Below are positions 1-11,587 of a stretch of DNA of 64,000 nucleotides, one piece after another. Made by a program: the position numbers and the translations under genes. A model generated the notes under the pieces. The model saw only the letters and a program-made list of their open reading frames with translations. It ran no database searches and was not told the DNA's origin. Position 1 is the stretch's first letter. Each line of letters begins with the position of its first letter. This DNA is from Trichodelitschia bisporula. Lineage: Eukaryota. Location: the NCBI GenBank assembly GCA_010356995.1, contig ML996702.1:496001-560000 (forward strand), in the 5' to 3' direction.

Positions 1-1233
1 GCAGATTGCCCGGCGGTACGTCCTGGGCCAAGATCCTGAGCTCAGTCACCTACACATCAACCCCAACCCGCCCCGCATCAAGAAGGCCATTGCTATGGGG
101 GTACACGGCTTCTTCCCTGCCCCAATCATTCAAAAGGTGATTGGACAACCAACTGGTACATCCATTCGCTTCGCCAACTCTGCGGCAACAGCCATCCAAA
201 AATGGACGGAGGAGCAGGGCTACGAGTGCGAGATTGAAAAGGTTGCACTCGAAGGCGAAGGCTTCATTGCCGATAGGGTGGACCTCTTGTGGAAATTGAT
301 GCTCAACTGGATTGAACATATTCGCAAAGCCGATTTCATTCTCGTTGCCTGCCATTCCCAAGGCGTCCCCGTTGCTACCATGCTCGTTGCGAAGCTCATT
401 CAGTTTGGCTGTGTGAACAATGCGAAGATTGGCATTTGTGCCATGGCCGGCGTCAACCTGGGTCCCTTTGCGGAGTACAAAACGCGCATGTTTGGAGGTT
501 CCGCTTTAGAACTGTTCGATTTTGCAGATCCGTCCAGCCGGGTTTCGGGCATGTACCGCACGGCTTTAGATCAGGTGGTCAACCACGGCGTTCGTGTGGT
601 GTACATTGGCAGTATAGACGACCAGCTGGTGTCGTTAGAGGTTCGTTGTATCGTCCGTTTTGGGAAATGAGGCTAACTGTGGGCAGTCCTCGACGTTCAG
701 CAATGTTTCGCACCCATACATCTATCGCGCTGCTTTCATTGATGGCCGCCTGCATGCCGCCGACTTGTAGGTTTTTCTCGTATACTGGTCTGAGTCATCT
801 GACATCTTCCAGCATCGCGCACCTCGTCGCCTTCTCCCTCAAGCTCCGCAACCTCGGCCTCTCCGACCACGGCCTGATCCGCGAACTGTCACCCGCCCTT
901 GCGGGCAGCCTCTACACCGGCGAGGGCCATAGTCGGCTCTATGACTCGCCAAACGTGTACTCGCTGGCCATCTCCCACGCGCTGGAAACGACATCCCTGC
1001 CGCACTCCGTGCCGCTGGTGGTGAAGCCGTACGAAGGACCGCCCTCGACCAAAGACGCCAATCCTTACTTCCTGCCGTGGGCCATGCGCGGCGTGCTCGA
1101 GGAGGAAAGGGTGCGCAACGAGCTCATGGGCGATTGTCAGGATCTGCTGGCGCTGTTCGAGGAGTGGCGGCCGCAGAGTAAGGGGCTGAAGGATATCAAG
1201 TTTAGGCTTGAAGCTCTTAGGAGCAAGCTTTAG
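1..1233 (+). CDS. YML020W-like conserved fungal protein (alpha/beta-hydrolase-like), 5'-truncated by the window edge; introns 641-686 and 767-812
   Basis: Motifs MGVHGFFP..IGQPTGTS.RFA, ACHSQG, GVNLGPF, GSIDDQLVSLE. Two GT..CTAAC/CTGAC..AG introns join the frames to give ...VSLE|SSTFSNVSHPYIYRAAFIDGRLHAADF|IAHLV...RSKL*. Confidence 0.85.
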
Positions 1234-1496
1234 TCGGTTGGAACTTTTGGAGTGATGGGTACTGGGCGGGGGAGTGGTGTTTGGGACTGGTTTGTAACTT
1301 TTGGGCATGGGCTAGAAGCATTGAGCGTTCGACTGACGGTCATAGTCACGAGGGGTGTATCTATTCTCTTTCTGTTGTTACTAGAATCCAGCAATAAGCC
1401 AGTAAAACCATTCATGTCGTTGAACGCGGGGTATCACAACGCAGACCAAAACCGGAAAGCAACAACGCCGGCCTACCGTTAACAGCAAGCACGAAT

Positions 1497-2485
1497 TCAA
1501 GTGAACCCACTAACAACCCCCGCATGCCAAACGCCATAGATCCCAACTCCCCCAACCACAAGTCCCAGCGCCATCCCCACCGGCACGCCGTAATCGAACC
1601 CAAACCACCCCTCCCCGCTCCGCTCCTTCTCCTTGACACCCGTTTTCTCCTTCGCGACCTCCTTCCTCACGCCCTCCTCCTCAACCCCTGTACTCAGCAC
1701 CACCGCCAGTTCCGCCAGCATCCCCGCCATCCTCTCTGCAACCCCCTCCGCCGCCCTAACGACCATATCCTCCTGCTCCTCCCCCAACCACCTCCCCCAC
1801 TCATCAACCTCCTCCTCCCAAGCCCTCCACACCCGCTCCTCCGCAGCCGCAACCGCACCCAGAAACTCCCATCCCGGGCCCCGAATCTCTCCCACCATCA
1901 CCGCCATGGCCGCGAGATCAGCGACAGCGCGGGCCAATGCGTACGCCACGCCCACCCCCGTCGCCGGGAGGGCAAAGACAGCGAAGCGCGCATAGTTCAA
2001 CACATCTTCCGAAGCCGGCGTCCCCTTGATAATGGGGGTTATAGAGGAGGATGCTGTGAGGACGGCGATGTCGCGCCGCAGGAGGGAGGTGGGGAGTAGC
2101 TCTGGGGGGGGGCTGGGGAAGTGTGGCGCGCGGAGCGTGGGGGGGAAGAGAGTAGCTGATGGGGAGGGGGATGGGAGACGAGGGTAGGAGAGGAGGATGT
2201 GCGCGAGGGGGAGGAGGGCGGTTGTGTATTCTGAGCGGGTGCTGGGTTGGAAGGTTGATGGGGGGAGGGGGGAGGGGATGTGTGGGCTGGGCTTGTTAGC
2301 GGGGGGATTGTGAGGGAGGGGAGGATGCGGGGGATGGGGGGGGCGTACGAGATTGCAGCGCGGAGGCGTGCGGAGAGCGAGGAGTCTTCGAGATCCGAGA
2401 GGCTGAGGTTGTCGTTCTCGGCGAGTGGGAAATCCATGCCGGCGAGGCCGATGAGGTCGTCTGTTGTCCCTTGGTTGGGCGGCAT
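1497..2485 (-). CDS. Hypothetical protein with C-terminal transmembrane segment; intron 2287-2348
   Basis: ATG at 2485 (MPPNQGTTDD...). Intron GTACGC..GCTAAC..CAG joins it to the 1497..2576 frame (AAIS|PHIPSP). Hydrophobic tail GVPVGMALGLVVGGVGIYGVW. Confidence 0.7.
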
Positions 2486-2896
2486 TGCGTTTAGGCGTCC
2501 TTGGGAGAGGTTTGGGTGTCTGTAAGAGCGGTACGTCGTTTTTATATCCTGTCGATCTGTGGCATGAGGCCGGCACAAGGCTGCCGCGCCTGGCCTTGTC
2601 TGCGCGTGGGGCGGGCGCGTGGGTGGGGCTTGGCGCCTGGGGTCAGAGATGACTGGAAGGGAAAGGGGTCATGTGATCGCTTCTTGATGGGTCATCGCTA
2701 GTCCAAAGCAGGCTGCACCGTAGAACCAGACCGCAGTGTCTTGAAGACATCGATTATTGTATGCGCCTTGCGCTGTTCCACTCCGCCTCCTTCACTCAAA
2801 CATCTATCCTACAAGCGCACCCGTACCGTACCCAACGCTGTCGCCCATTCTATCACCGCTTGTATTACCCCTTCGCCTTTGTCGTGTCTCTCAGCA

Positions 2897-3637
2897 TTAC
2901 AACAGCAGCAAGCCGCCTACTAGGCCCGCGGCTCCGAATGCCCATCGTCCGGTCTTTAGACGGCCGATGCCGCTCGTTGTGTCGAAGAGCGTCCCGCCCG
3001 CAGCGGCCTGGCCCTGCGCGCGCGTCGGCGCCGCTTGTGTAGATTTCGGGCTCGGGCTGGAAGTATCAACCACGATCCCATTCGTCGTGCTCCCCTTCGT
3101 CTCCGCTTCCTTCGTCGTACTCGTCTTCAGCGTAGTGCTCTCCAGAGCCGTCGTACTCGGCGCACTCGGCAGCGCCGTATCCGTTAACAACCCCGTCGGC
3201 TCGGGGCCATTAGACGAAAGCACCAACGTGCTCTGCCCGATCAACGGCGGCGTGGTCTTCGGCTCCGCGGGCTTGGGCGTCGCTTTCGGTGTCCCGGTTG
3301 TAGTGGTGATGACGGCAACGTTGCAGAGGACTTGGATTCCTTTTCCCAGCTTGAAGAGCCCGACGATGCTGGTTTCGCCGACGTCGATGCCGGCGCAGGA
3401 GGATGCGATTAGGGCGTTGATTTGGACGAGGCCGGAGAGGCAGGATGCGCTGCAGGAGGAGCCGCCGGCGAAGTCCCGCGCGGTACAGCCCGGGATGGGT
3501 GTGCAGTACGCTGTGCTGCAGGACCCGGTGAGGGTGGAGATGCTGGGGGAGAAGTCGGAGAGGGCGACGGCGTGTGTTGTGGGGAGGATGGTGAGGAGGG
3601 AGGCGGCGAGGCGATGGCGCCAGTGGAGTCGAGCCAT
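2897..3637 (-). CDS. Secreted Cys-rich, Ser/Thr-rich cell-surface protein, probably GPI-anchored (CFEM-like layout)
   Basis: Signal peptide (LAASLLTILPTTHA), six-Cys N-terminal domain, S/T/P-rich stalk, hydrophobic C-terminus WAFGAAGLVGGLLLL. Confidence 0.8.
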   Translation of the reverse strand: MARLHWRHRLAASLLTILPTTHAVALSDFSPSISTLTGSCSTAYCTPIPGCTARDFAGGSSCSASCLSGLVQINALIASSCAGIDVGETSIVGLFKLGKGIQVLCNVAVITTTTGTPKATPKPAEPKTTPPLIGQSTLVLSSNGPEPTGLLTDTALPSAPSTTALESTTLKTSTTKEAETKGSTTNGIVVDTSSPSPKSTQAAPTRAQGQAAAGGTLFDTTSGIGRLKTGRWAFGAAGLVGGLLLL

Positions 3638-6147
3638 ACTGTGATGTGGTTGTGGGAGGGTCGAGATGTGCGAGTGTCGTGAGGTCGGGAGAATGGGTGT
3701 CGGCGGGTAGAATGCCAGATTCCAGCCTTGCAGCGTTTACCGGCTTGCGGTCGTGTCGTCGGCGGAGTCTATCCAACCGGGCGGTGCGGCCTACCTGGGC
3801 TGCTTCTTTTCCCTCACCGATGCGGATGCAAGCTACGCCCAGCGTTACTTGTTGCGCGGCCGAGGACGGGCGTTGTTTATGCGTTTGCGACACCACCGGG
3901 GAGCATCGGGTTTGGTGTTTCGCGTTTGATGTGGCCGGCCTGGTGGGAGGGTGAGTGAAACCTGCCGCGAGGGAGATAGGACAGGACGCCGGATCCCGTT
4001 GTGCGAAGGGGAGGTTGATGTTGATGAGGGGAAGAAGCACACGTCGAGCCAGCTCACGACCGTCGCAGACGGGGCGTACACAACCCGGGGAGAAAGCGCG
4101 GGTCTTGTATCTCGTTCGCGTGCGCCAGGCGTGCGTGCGTTCAGTTCAGGAGAACTACAAGCTGAAGTCTCGATTCGGGATGAAGGTTCTTTTCAGAGGG
4201 GGGTTGAGCGGAGAAGTGGGGACAGTTGAACGCCACACACGGAGGTTCAAGGCGAGGGGAAGGGGAGGGGGGGAGCGGAGCACCGGGTGGCAGCGTGTTT
4301 GTTGCCGCCCGTCACATTCTTGAGCTGCGTTTCGGAGCCCCGATGGAATGCGCACTTCAGCCTGTCACGGCGGGCGAGGCTGCGCGCGAGTCCCGTTGGC
4401 GAGATGTTGGTGCTGGCGCGAAGCGAACGGGAAGCAAGCAGGTTTCGGGCCAGGGGGGCGCGAGAGGCTGCTCCGGTGTACAGAAAGGTAACAGCTTGCT
4501 GCGTCGCTCGGGAGCTGGAAAACGCTGCTTCGCTTCGCACTCGCGGAGAGGGAGTGCATTCCAGCTCCCCTCCGAAATGCACGTCTTTCATCCGTCCAAG
4601 GGGATCAGCATCACGAAGCCCCAGCTACCATCCGCCAGCACCCGGGGCGCTCGTTCAAGCCAATCCCGCACCCCACCCGACTGCTGAAACACGTCCGTCT
4701 CAGGAGTGCTCGAGCAGTGAGGCTTGGTGTGTGGGTGGTGCGGGATTGGCTGCGAAGGCAGGGGGGGGCGGGGGACAGATCGTCGAGAACGAAGTGCCAT
4801 TTGCTTTCGCGAGATCTGTGGTGCCCCCTTGATGCGAGCGCGGTCGCGGGTTTGCGTGGGCGCTTGCGGGGGGGAGGGGAGTATACTTAGGACGGAGGGC
4901 GATATATGGCAGACATCGATCTCAGATTCGGGACGGACGTCAATGTATCTCTGATGGAGTGCGCCGGTGCGCTGCTCGGCGGTATTTGCGTGTGACTTCA
5001 AGAGGGCAACGTGCGCTGCGGATGCCTAATGCGGGTTCTGGCACAGACCCGAGGCACAGGAGTTCCGAGTTGAGGCTCTGAGATGATCGTCAGGCACGCA
5101 GGCTGTTTTTCGCCTTGTACTTTGTGTTGAGACTGATGTGCGGATGCTGATGCGCGGCTGACGTTCGCGATGCCGGGTGATGTGTGTCACGACTCGGCGA
5201 TGCGCTGATGCAGATGACTGCAGCGACGTCACGGTATGGACTGCATGGCCCCCTTTCGCATGCTTTAGGCATCCCTGATGATGAGACGTCCTGTTCAGGA
5301 GACGCGTGCTCTGTCATTGCCGGATTTGGTCGCTTGGTGTTCCCGATTCGGGTCCCGCGGCTCCGGACGGCAGTTGGGCTATCAAGCCGAGTTCCCGTTC
5401 TTGGATGGCCCGACGGTTCAGTGCCGGGCTTGACGTCTGGTTGAATGAAAGTTAAACAGATGAGGCTGAAAGCTAGATGGACCTGACAGATCCGAACCAT
5501 GGCTGTGATAGTAATATCACACTCGGTTTGCGGCTCTTGTACATCCGTAGGGCTGACCTCATATCGCATCCTTCGACATCATGATATTTGTCTGCCCCGA
5601 CTGCCTCAAACCATGGAGTATCGCGATAGCTAGCCCGAGTTCTGGTAAAGACATATTGGAAGAGTCCATATGCTAAAGAAACACTCTCTAGTGAACTGAT
5701 CCTCGAAAATACGATCCGTACAGCTGCAGGAACCCGAGTCTGAGCCACTGCCATTCCACGGAATGTGCAGATGCAATGAATGCACCGCAGGTCGAAGAGC
5801 AAAACTCAAGCAATAAATACAGCCCAGAGAGCCAAACTCGAAGAAATAAATCCCAAGCAAGTCAAACCTATCCCGCTTCTATCTTCGTCCCAAAAATGCA
5901 CTCAAAGCCCCAAACAAACCGACGATGCACCTTCATCCATCTCATCAACCCCCCTCCCCCGCAAAACAAATGTCTGCCTCGTTGCCTCACCCCGCACCCC
6001 AGCCCTAAGTTCCTCCACCCTCACCAGCCGCAACCCGCGATCCTCCACGTCGCCTTCAACAACACAATCCGCCACCTACCTCCTCCACCCTCTCTACCAT
6101 CACCACCACCCTCCCTATAACCGTGCACGCGGGCACGCACAATCAAA

Positions 6148-7095
6148 ATGTCCACCCCAAAATTTAACACCAAATCCCCCACAATCAAGCGCATCCGTCC
6201 GTCCCCCTCCCCCCAACCACCCCCCCCCCCCCCCCCCCCCCACCCCCCCCCCCCCCCCCCCACTAACACCCCTCTAGTCAAAGAAGCCTCCGAACTAGCA
6301 ACCCACCCCTCCCCCGACTTCTCCGCCTCGCCCACCGAAGCCAACCTCCACGAATGGCACTTCACCCTCCGCGGCCCCCCGTCCTCTCCCTACACCGGCG
6401 GCCTCTACCACGGGCGCATCGTCCTGCCCTCCACATACCCCCTCCGCCCGCCCTCCTTCCGCTTCCTAACGCCGAGCGGACGGTTCGAGCCGAATCGCGA
6501 GATATGTCTCTCTATTTCGGGACATCATGAGGAGTCGTGGCAGCCGGCGTGGGGTGTAAGGACGGCGCTGACGGCGCTGAGGGCGTTTATGAGTGAGGAG
6601 CCGAATGGGCAGATTGGGGGGTTGAATGTAGGGAAGGTGGCGAGGGAGCGACTTGCGAAGGAGAGCGGCATGTGGACGTGTGCGGCGTGTGGCAAGAGTA
6701 ATGCGGATATCATGGCCGAGCACGACGAGCTGGTCCAGCAACTGGACCCGCAGGGCAAGGACAAGGACCGGCACGACGAGCAGCCCCCTCCCGAGCTCCG
6801 CCTCGCCTTCCGCGATGAATTGAAGCCTTCCAGTCTCACGTCACAAGCGCCGGTCGAGCGCGCCGCTGAGACGCCGACGAGTACGGGATCGGATGCGCTG
6901 CCGGCGCCGGATATCGGGCAGGTGCAGGTGCGAGCGCCGACTGAGACGCAAGTGACGGTGCCGATCCGACAACCGGTCGGGGTGCAGACGCGGCGACGTG
7001 CGGCGGGGGAGGAGGCGTGGCTGGATAAGTACATCTATGCCGTTGCTGGGATACTGGCGTGGCTGGTTGCGCGGAAGGTGTTGGGGTTTATTTGA
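6148..7095 (+). CDS. UBC6: ER tail-anchored ubiquitin-conjugating enzyme E2 (UBE2J1/Ubc6 family); intron 6197-6277
   Basis: After splicing TIKRILKEASEL; EWHFTLRGPP, YHGRI..P..YP..PP, active-site region ICLSISGHHEESWQPAW; C-terminal TM helix. Confidence 0.92.
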   Translation: MSTPKFNTKSPTIKRIRPSPSPQPPPPPPPPHPPPPPPTNTPLVKEASELATHPSPDFSASPTEANLHEWHFTLRGPPSSPYTGGLYHGRIVLPSTYPLRPPSFRFLTPSGRFEPNREICLSISGHHEESWQPAWGVRTALTALRAFMSEEPNGQIGGLNVGKVARERLAKESGMWTCAACGKSNADIMAEHDELVQQLDPQGKDKDRHDEQPPPELRLAFRDELKPSSLTSQAPVERAAETPTSTGSDALPAPDIGQVQVRAPTETQVTVPIRQPVGVQTRRRAAGEEAWLDKYIYAVAGILAWLVARKVLGFI

Positions 7096-7099
7096 TTGT

Positions 7100-7650
7100 A
7101 CAGGATGGGTCTGAGCGGGAGTTGGGTGTTGGGGGGGTAGTACCTTTTGGCTTGTGTGATTCGTGCACGGGGGAGGAGCATCTGATGGTATTAATACGTC
7201 TTAACTGACTCTCTGTGACCAGTTAACCTGCGAAATCCGTGGATACTAATACCGGTACGTGATGAGCTCTGTGGCATGGGATTCCTGTAAGGTGCCGGTC
7301 CGGCATTGTCCTGGACTTACATACGACTGAGCTCATCTCCTACCCTTATTTGGGTCTGCGGAAGCCGCTGGGGAATTGGGCCGCATGGGGTTGGGTGTTA
7401 AGGTACGGTGGTACCTTTTGGCTTCTGTTTTTCCTGCACAGGGAATGAGAATCAGCTGCTATCGCTACGCCGTAACCGACTCTCTGCGGCTCATTAACTG
7501 AGAGCCGCCGAACTGCTGCAGCATATACGCTAGAAGTAGTGTAGCGTATATGCTGCTGGAGTTCGGCGCTTCTCAGTAAACGGGCCCCTGGGAGTTGAAT
7601 GTCAAGGTGCCGTAATACCATTCGATTCTCATTTTCATGCACTGGATGGG
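7100..7650 (+). repeat. Diverged tandem duplication (~270-315 bp unit) downstream of the E2 gene
   Basis: Collinear anchors GTTGGGTGTT 7121/7390, GTACCTTTTGGCTT 7140/7411, GACTCTCTG 7207/7478, AAGGTGCCG 7289/7604. Confidence 0.7.
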
Positions 7651-7924
7651 AGAGTCATCTAGAATTAGATAGTGAGCACTGAATGCCTACATGGTCCACG
7701 TGGTCGTATGAAAGTGTACCTATGTGCCGTATCGTACCTCCCTGACCGAATAGCGAGTGACAATGCACACCACTCCTCATCGCTATGCCATCCAACCCGC
7801 CCCGCTCCCTCCCAGCAAGCAAAAACGCCAGCAATACACCCACCCTCAAGACAGCAAGCAACCCATCAACCCCGTTTCCAAAAAAAAAACAAAACCCCGA
7901 ACCAGCAACCGAGAAAGCAACAAA

Positions 7925-9479
7925 CTATCTATACCGCCTCGGGCCCCTACTGCCTCTCCTCTCCCCCGCAGGTCCAGCCAGCATCTCAGCCGGGACATCA
8001 TTCCACGCCGCCTCGACCCTGCTGCCAGGATGCGGACCCGGCACCTGACTCTGCGCCGCCAGCAACGCCCGCGCATCACCCCGCTCCTCCTCATCGCTGC
8101 TCGTATCGTACTCATCCCCCTCATCCACCGCCGAGGGCCTCACCGGCCGATCCGCATACATCCCCGGCCCCCTCCCCAGTACCCGATCTGCCTTACTCCC
8201 CCTCCACGCCCCCTGCCCCGGCACGCCCATCGCCGCAACCCCCCCCTGCCCCACAACCCCCCTTTCCCACCCCCCCTCCCACCCGCGCTCCGCCTCGCGC
8301 CGTCTCCGCACTTCATCCCGGCGGCGCGACCACTCAGCGCTGGTTTCCCACGTCCAGCCGTCGCCGACGGAATTACACACCGGCACAGCCCAGAGCCAGG
8401 GGTTTGGGCCTAGGACGGAGCGTAAGTTGTGGGCCCAGCCGAGGTCGAAGGCGTTGGGGAGGGACTCGTCGTCGCGCTCGTCGAGGTAGGATTCGTAGCG
8501 TGCGCGTTCGCGGGCGCGCTCTGCGGCGTCGAAGGCGGCGGCGCGGCGGAGGGAGGAGGCGGCGGGGGAAAGCCCAGTGTCGGCGGGGGTGGGGAGGGTG
8601 CGGAGGGGTTGGTCTGCTGTCCAGTGGTTGGGTTGCGTGGGTTGCGGGGTTGGGGGGTGGGTGCGGAGCGGGGAGAGATAGCGTGTTTTTTCGAGGGATT
8701 CGATGGTTGTGCGGCCGCGGGCGGTGAGGTGGATGTGCCACGCCGTGAAGCCGGTGAGGACGAGGCCGAGGACACCGGAGACGACGGATAGGAGGATGAA
8801 GTTGACGGGCATGAGGGAGTCTTCCACCGTGCCGTCTATGATTATTTCGCTGTAGATCCATTGTATACTGGTGACGAAGGCGATGCCGGCGAGGAGGCAG
8901 GTGTAGACTAGGAAGAGGAGGAAGGGCTTGTAGTTGCGAAGACCGATGCAGTTTGCTAGCCAGGGGCAGTGATGATCCATTTTCAGGACGCAGCGCTTGC
9001 AGACGGAGCAGTGATGCGCGCGGTCTGGCTTGGGCGCCTGGCATTTCTTGCAGAAGCGCGTGCCGCCCGTGGACTTCGCTGTTACGGCTGTATAGACGTG
9101 GGGCGGTTCTTGCGAGGGTAGCGATGTGTATTCTGCGGTATGTATGGAGGGCGATCCAGGGTCGGTGAATACGGCTGTTGTGTAAGACCAGATGAGCATC
9201 AGGAAGAAGAACACGCCGAGCGCCACCTCGAGATAACCTATGCTTCCATTAGCCTGCGCACTTAGCAAGGAGTCGGCGCTGCAAACCAAGCTTCGACTTC
9301 ATCCCCAAGGCTATTGATGTCTGCACCCACACCGTCCACGCCGCCACGCCGTACACGAAGGAGAGCGGAAAGTAAGTCAGCACGCCGCAACAGCAGCGCT
9401 CGACTTTGCGCGCCCAGGTCCTGCGGCGGCGGGTGCGGAGCGGCGACAGGGGCGGCGATTCGGGTGCTAGAGTTGCCAT
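7925..9479 (-). CDS. PFA3: DHHC palmitoyltransferase, Pfa3 type; intron 9238-9286
   Basis: [44 protein letters not shown] motif, NAFDLG. Intron joins ...[13 protein letters not shown]. Confidence 0.93.
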
Positions 9480-10375
9480 GGTGGTAGAGGATGTTGCGAT
9501 ATGGAGGATTGTAGCAAAAGCGCCGTCTGCATGGCACGCTGGCGATGTGGCGGACGAAGGACGGACGGGACAAACGCGCAGCGCGGTTAGAACATGAACA
9601 TGTCAGGGAGGAGTGTTTAGCGAGCGGATAAAACTGGGAAAAGACGATTCGGCGGGAGGGTTTGTTGGGAGAAAAGGACTCGGCGCTGCTTCAGGTTGGC
9701 ATTTGGCTGTTGTTAAGGATTGAGGGATCGCGGAGGTTGATGAGATGAACTGTGAGCAACCCCGGGGGCGGAGGCGGGCTTGGCTGCGTTGGTGTGGCTG
9801 TGCTTTGGGGTGAGACGGGGAAATCTTGGCTAGCAGTTCCAAATCCGGGCTGGAAGCCTTGCGGCCTTGAGGCCTTGAAGCCTCGTCTCTCGCTGATTCA
9901 TTCTGGTGACGACAGCGTGCGCCTCACAAGGTCATCATCACTCATCGCCGCCCCTTCAATTAAGGAGGCATTTGGTTGGCAACATCCCACCGTCAACCCA
10001 CATTGAGCAGAGTACTAGAATTACTGATGGCGATCTACCGAGTACAAAATACAAAAGCATCCAGGCAGTCCTAGCCAACACGAATGCCCGCCCGAGACTC
10101 CCCGAAACCATTATCCGAGTTGCATAACAATCAATGTGAGCCAAAAATCAAACAACAAAAATGAAAATCGTACGCCGTGCTTCATAGCCTGACAACTGAC
10201 CAGAGGCCAGACCATCCGCCCGTCGTTCGAATGCTGTGCGAGTGTGGTGCGACGCCGAGCATCAGTCGAGCCGGCGGCCTTGTTGCAGAGTTCAAAGCTT
10301 GAGTAGCCGAGCCTTGAGGAGGGGCCGTCAGAGTCGAGAGTTGAGCGGCAGATGCGATGGGATGCCGGTGGCATC

Positions 10376-10533
10376 TTACATCACGATGCACCAGCCATAG
10401 TTGTCGGTTTGCCAGTCAGCTGAACTTCCACCTATGCGAGTGTTAGCAGATCTTCGAATGAGGGGGGATGATACATACCTTCCATGGTGGGCTTCGCGGT
10501 CCTGGGCATGATATCCGTAGTGAAACCAGACAT
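10376..10533 (-). CDS. Putative a-factor-type (CaaX, lipopeptide) mating pheromone precursor, 36 aa; intron 10432-10478
   Basis: ACAATG start context at 10533; intron GTATGT...GCTAAC...TAG (47 nt); spliced product MSGFTTDIMPRTAKPTMEGGSSADWQTDNYGWCIVM* ends in CaaX (CIVM); TATAAA ~110 nt upstream. Confidence 0.85.
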
Positions 10534-10642
10534 TGTATCGGTTGTTGAGTTTGGTGGGCCTGGAAAGAGGAATATTGGATGTGTGTAAGAGCGAATGATG
10601 ATGTCTTTTGATGAAGTATCCATACTGGAGAGGGCAAGGGAA

Positions 10643-10909
10643 TTTATAGGTCAGTCGCCGCTCCTAGAATTGCAAGACTCTCGCTTCTTTTCTCAATGCT
10701 GAAAGAAAGAGTTCAGAAGGGATTGGTCGAGTCATCGTCAAGTTCGTGATGTTCTCGAGCCCGATGCGGCAATTTTCTCTTTGTCGTCCTTAACATTGTC
10801 CCCCCCTGCCCCTTTGAGCATTCGCGCCACACAACGCCATACCGGGAAAGGATCACAAAGCCGACATCACCAAAACAACGCTGAGCTTTGTTTGACGGGA
10901 AACACAATG
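10643..10909 (-). promoter_or_regulatory. Promoter of the CaaX-peptide gene: TATAAA (10643-10648) and six HMG-box-type core sites (WCAAWG)
   Basis: On the + strand: CTTTGT 10779, CATTGT 10794, CTTTGA 10812, ACAAAG 10855, CTTTGTT 10886, ACAATG 10904. Confidence 0.55.
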
Positions 10910-11587
10910 TTAAGAAGAGCAACATCATCCGCCGTTTACATCGCGACAAATTCGGCAGTGTGAAAGACCGTCGGTTCCGAGGACAGGGCTGTGATTGGGG
11001 GGTTTCGTCATGACCGCTGGGATCAATGCTGAATTCCGGAGAGTGAAGCACTTCTTTGGTAGATGTCAAGAACTGACAATGAATGGAAGCCTTGGCTCAG
11101 TTTATGGAAGGACCGAGGTGCTTTCCGGATACCGAGCAGGATGATGGACCAGTTCCAGAAGACTTCGAAAGGCTGGAGGCTGAGGTGGGAGCGGACACTG
11201 CAGCCGGGTGGCGAGGGCGGGAGTGTCGTCACTCCTTCCAGTCAGCTTTTGGCTTCTGGGGCGAAAGGCGATCGGCAAGCGGGATCTCACGTCAGTTTTT
11301 CGGGCCGCCAGCTGGCGGCGGATGCTCCGGATGAACTATCGTATTCAGCTCTTCACTAAGAACACGGCCATCACTAGTCTGCAGGTGATGCAAAAAGGCG
11401 ACTTCGGGTCTTGGGATTTCACTGAGCGACGCCTGGCTACGAACACAACTGGTGTCACTCAAAATGTCATCTGATAGCAAGGTCTGCCTATTGGGTCATA
11501 ACATTAGCGCTGGCTAATCATATTTGCATCTTCTCATAGAGTACAGTTGCCAATCCAAAACTCGCTCCGAACGTCCAAAAGTCACAC

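Noticed and set aside
7672..8791. Long Pro/Arg-rich ORFs opposite PFA3, and similar shadow ORFs at 2757-3644, 12280-13056 and 32304-33722
   Set aside because: Antisense or alternative frames kept open by high GC and skew; no motifs
10432..10623. 63-aa ORF-track ORF (MDTSSK...) as the real product
   Set aside because: Its ATG is only ~20 nt downstream of the TATA box and it runs into the intron; the spliced 36-aa CaaX model fits better, though a longer N-terminus cannot be excluded
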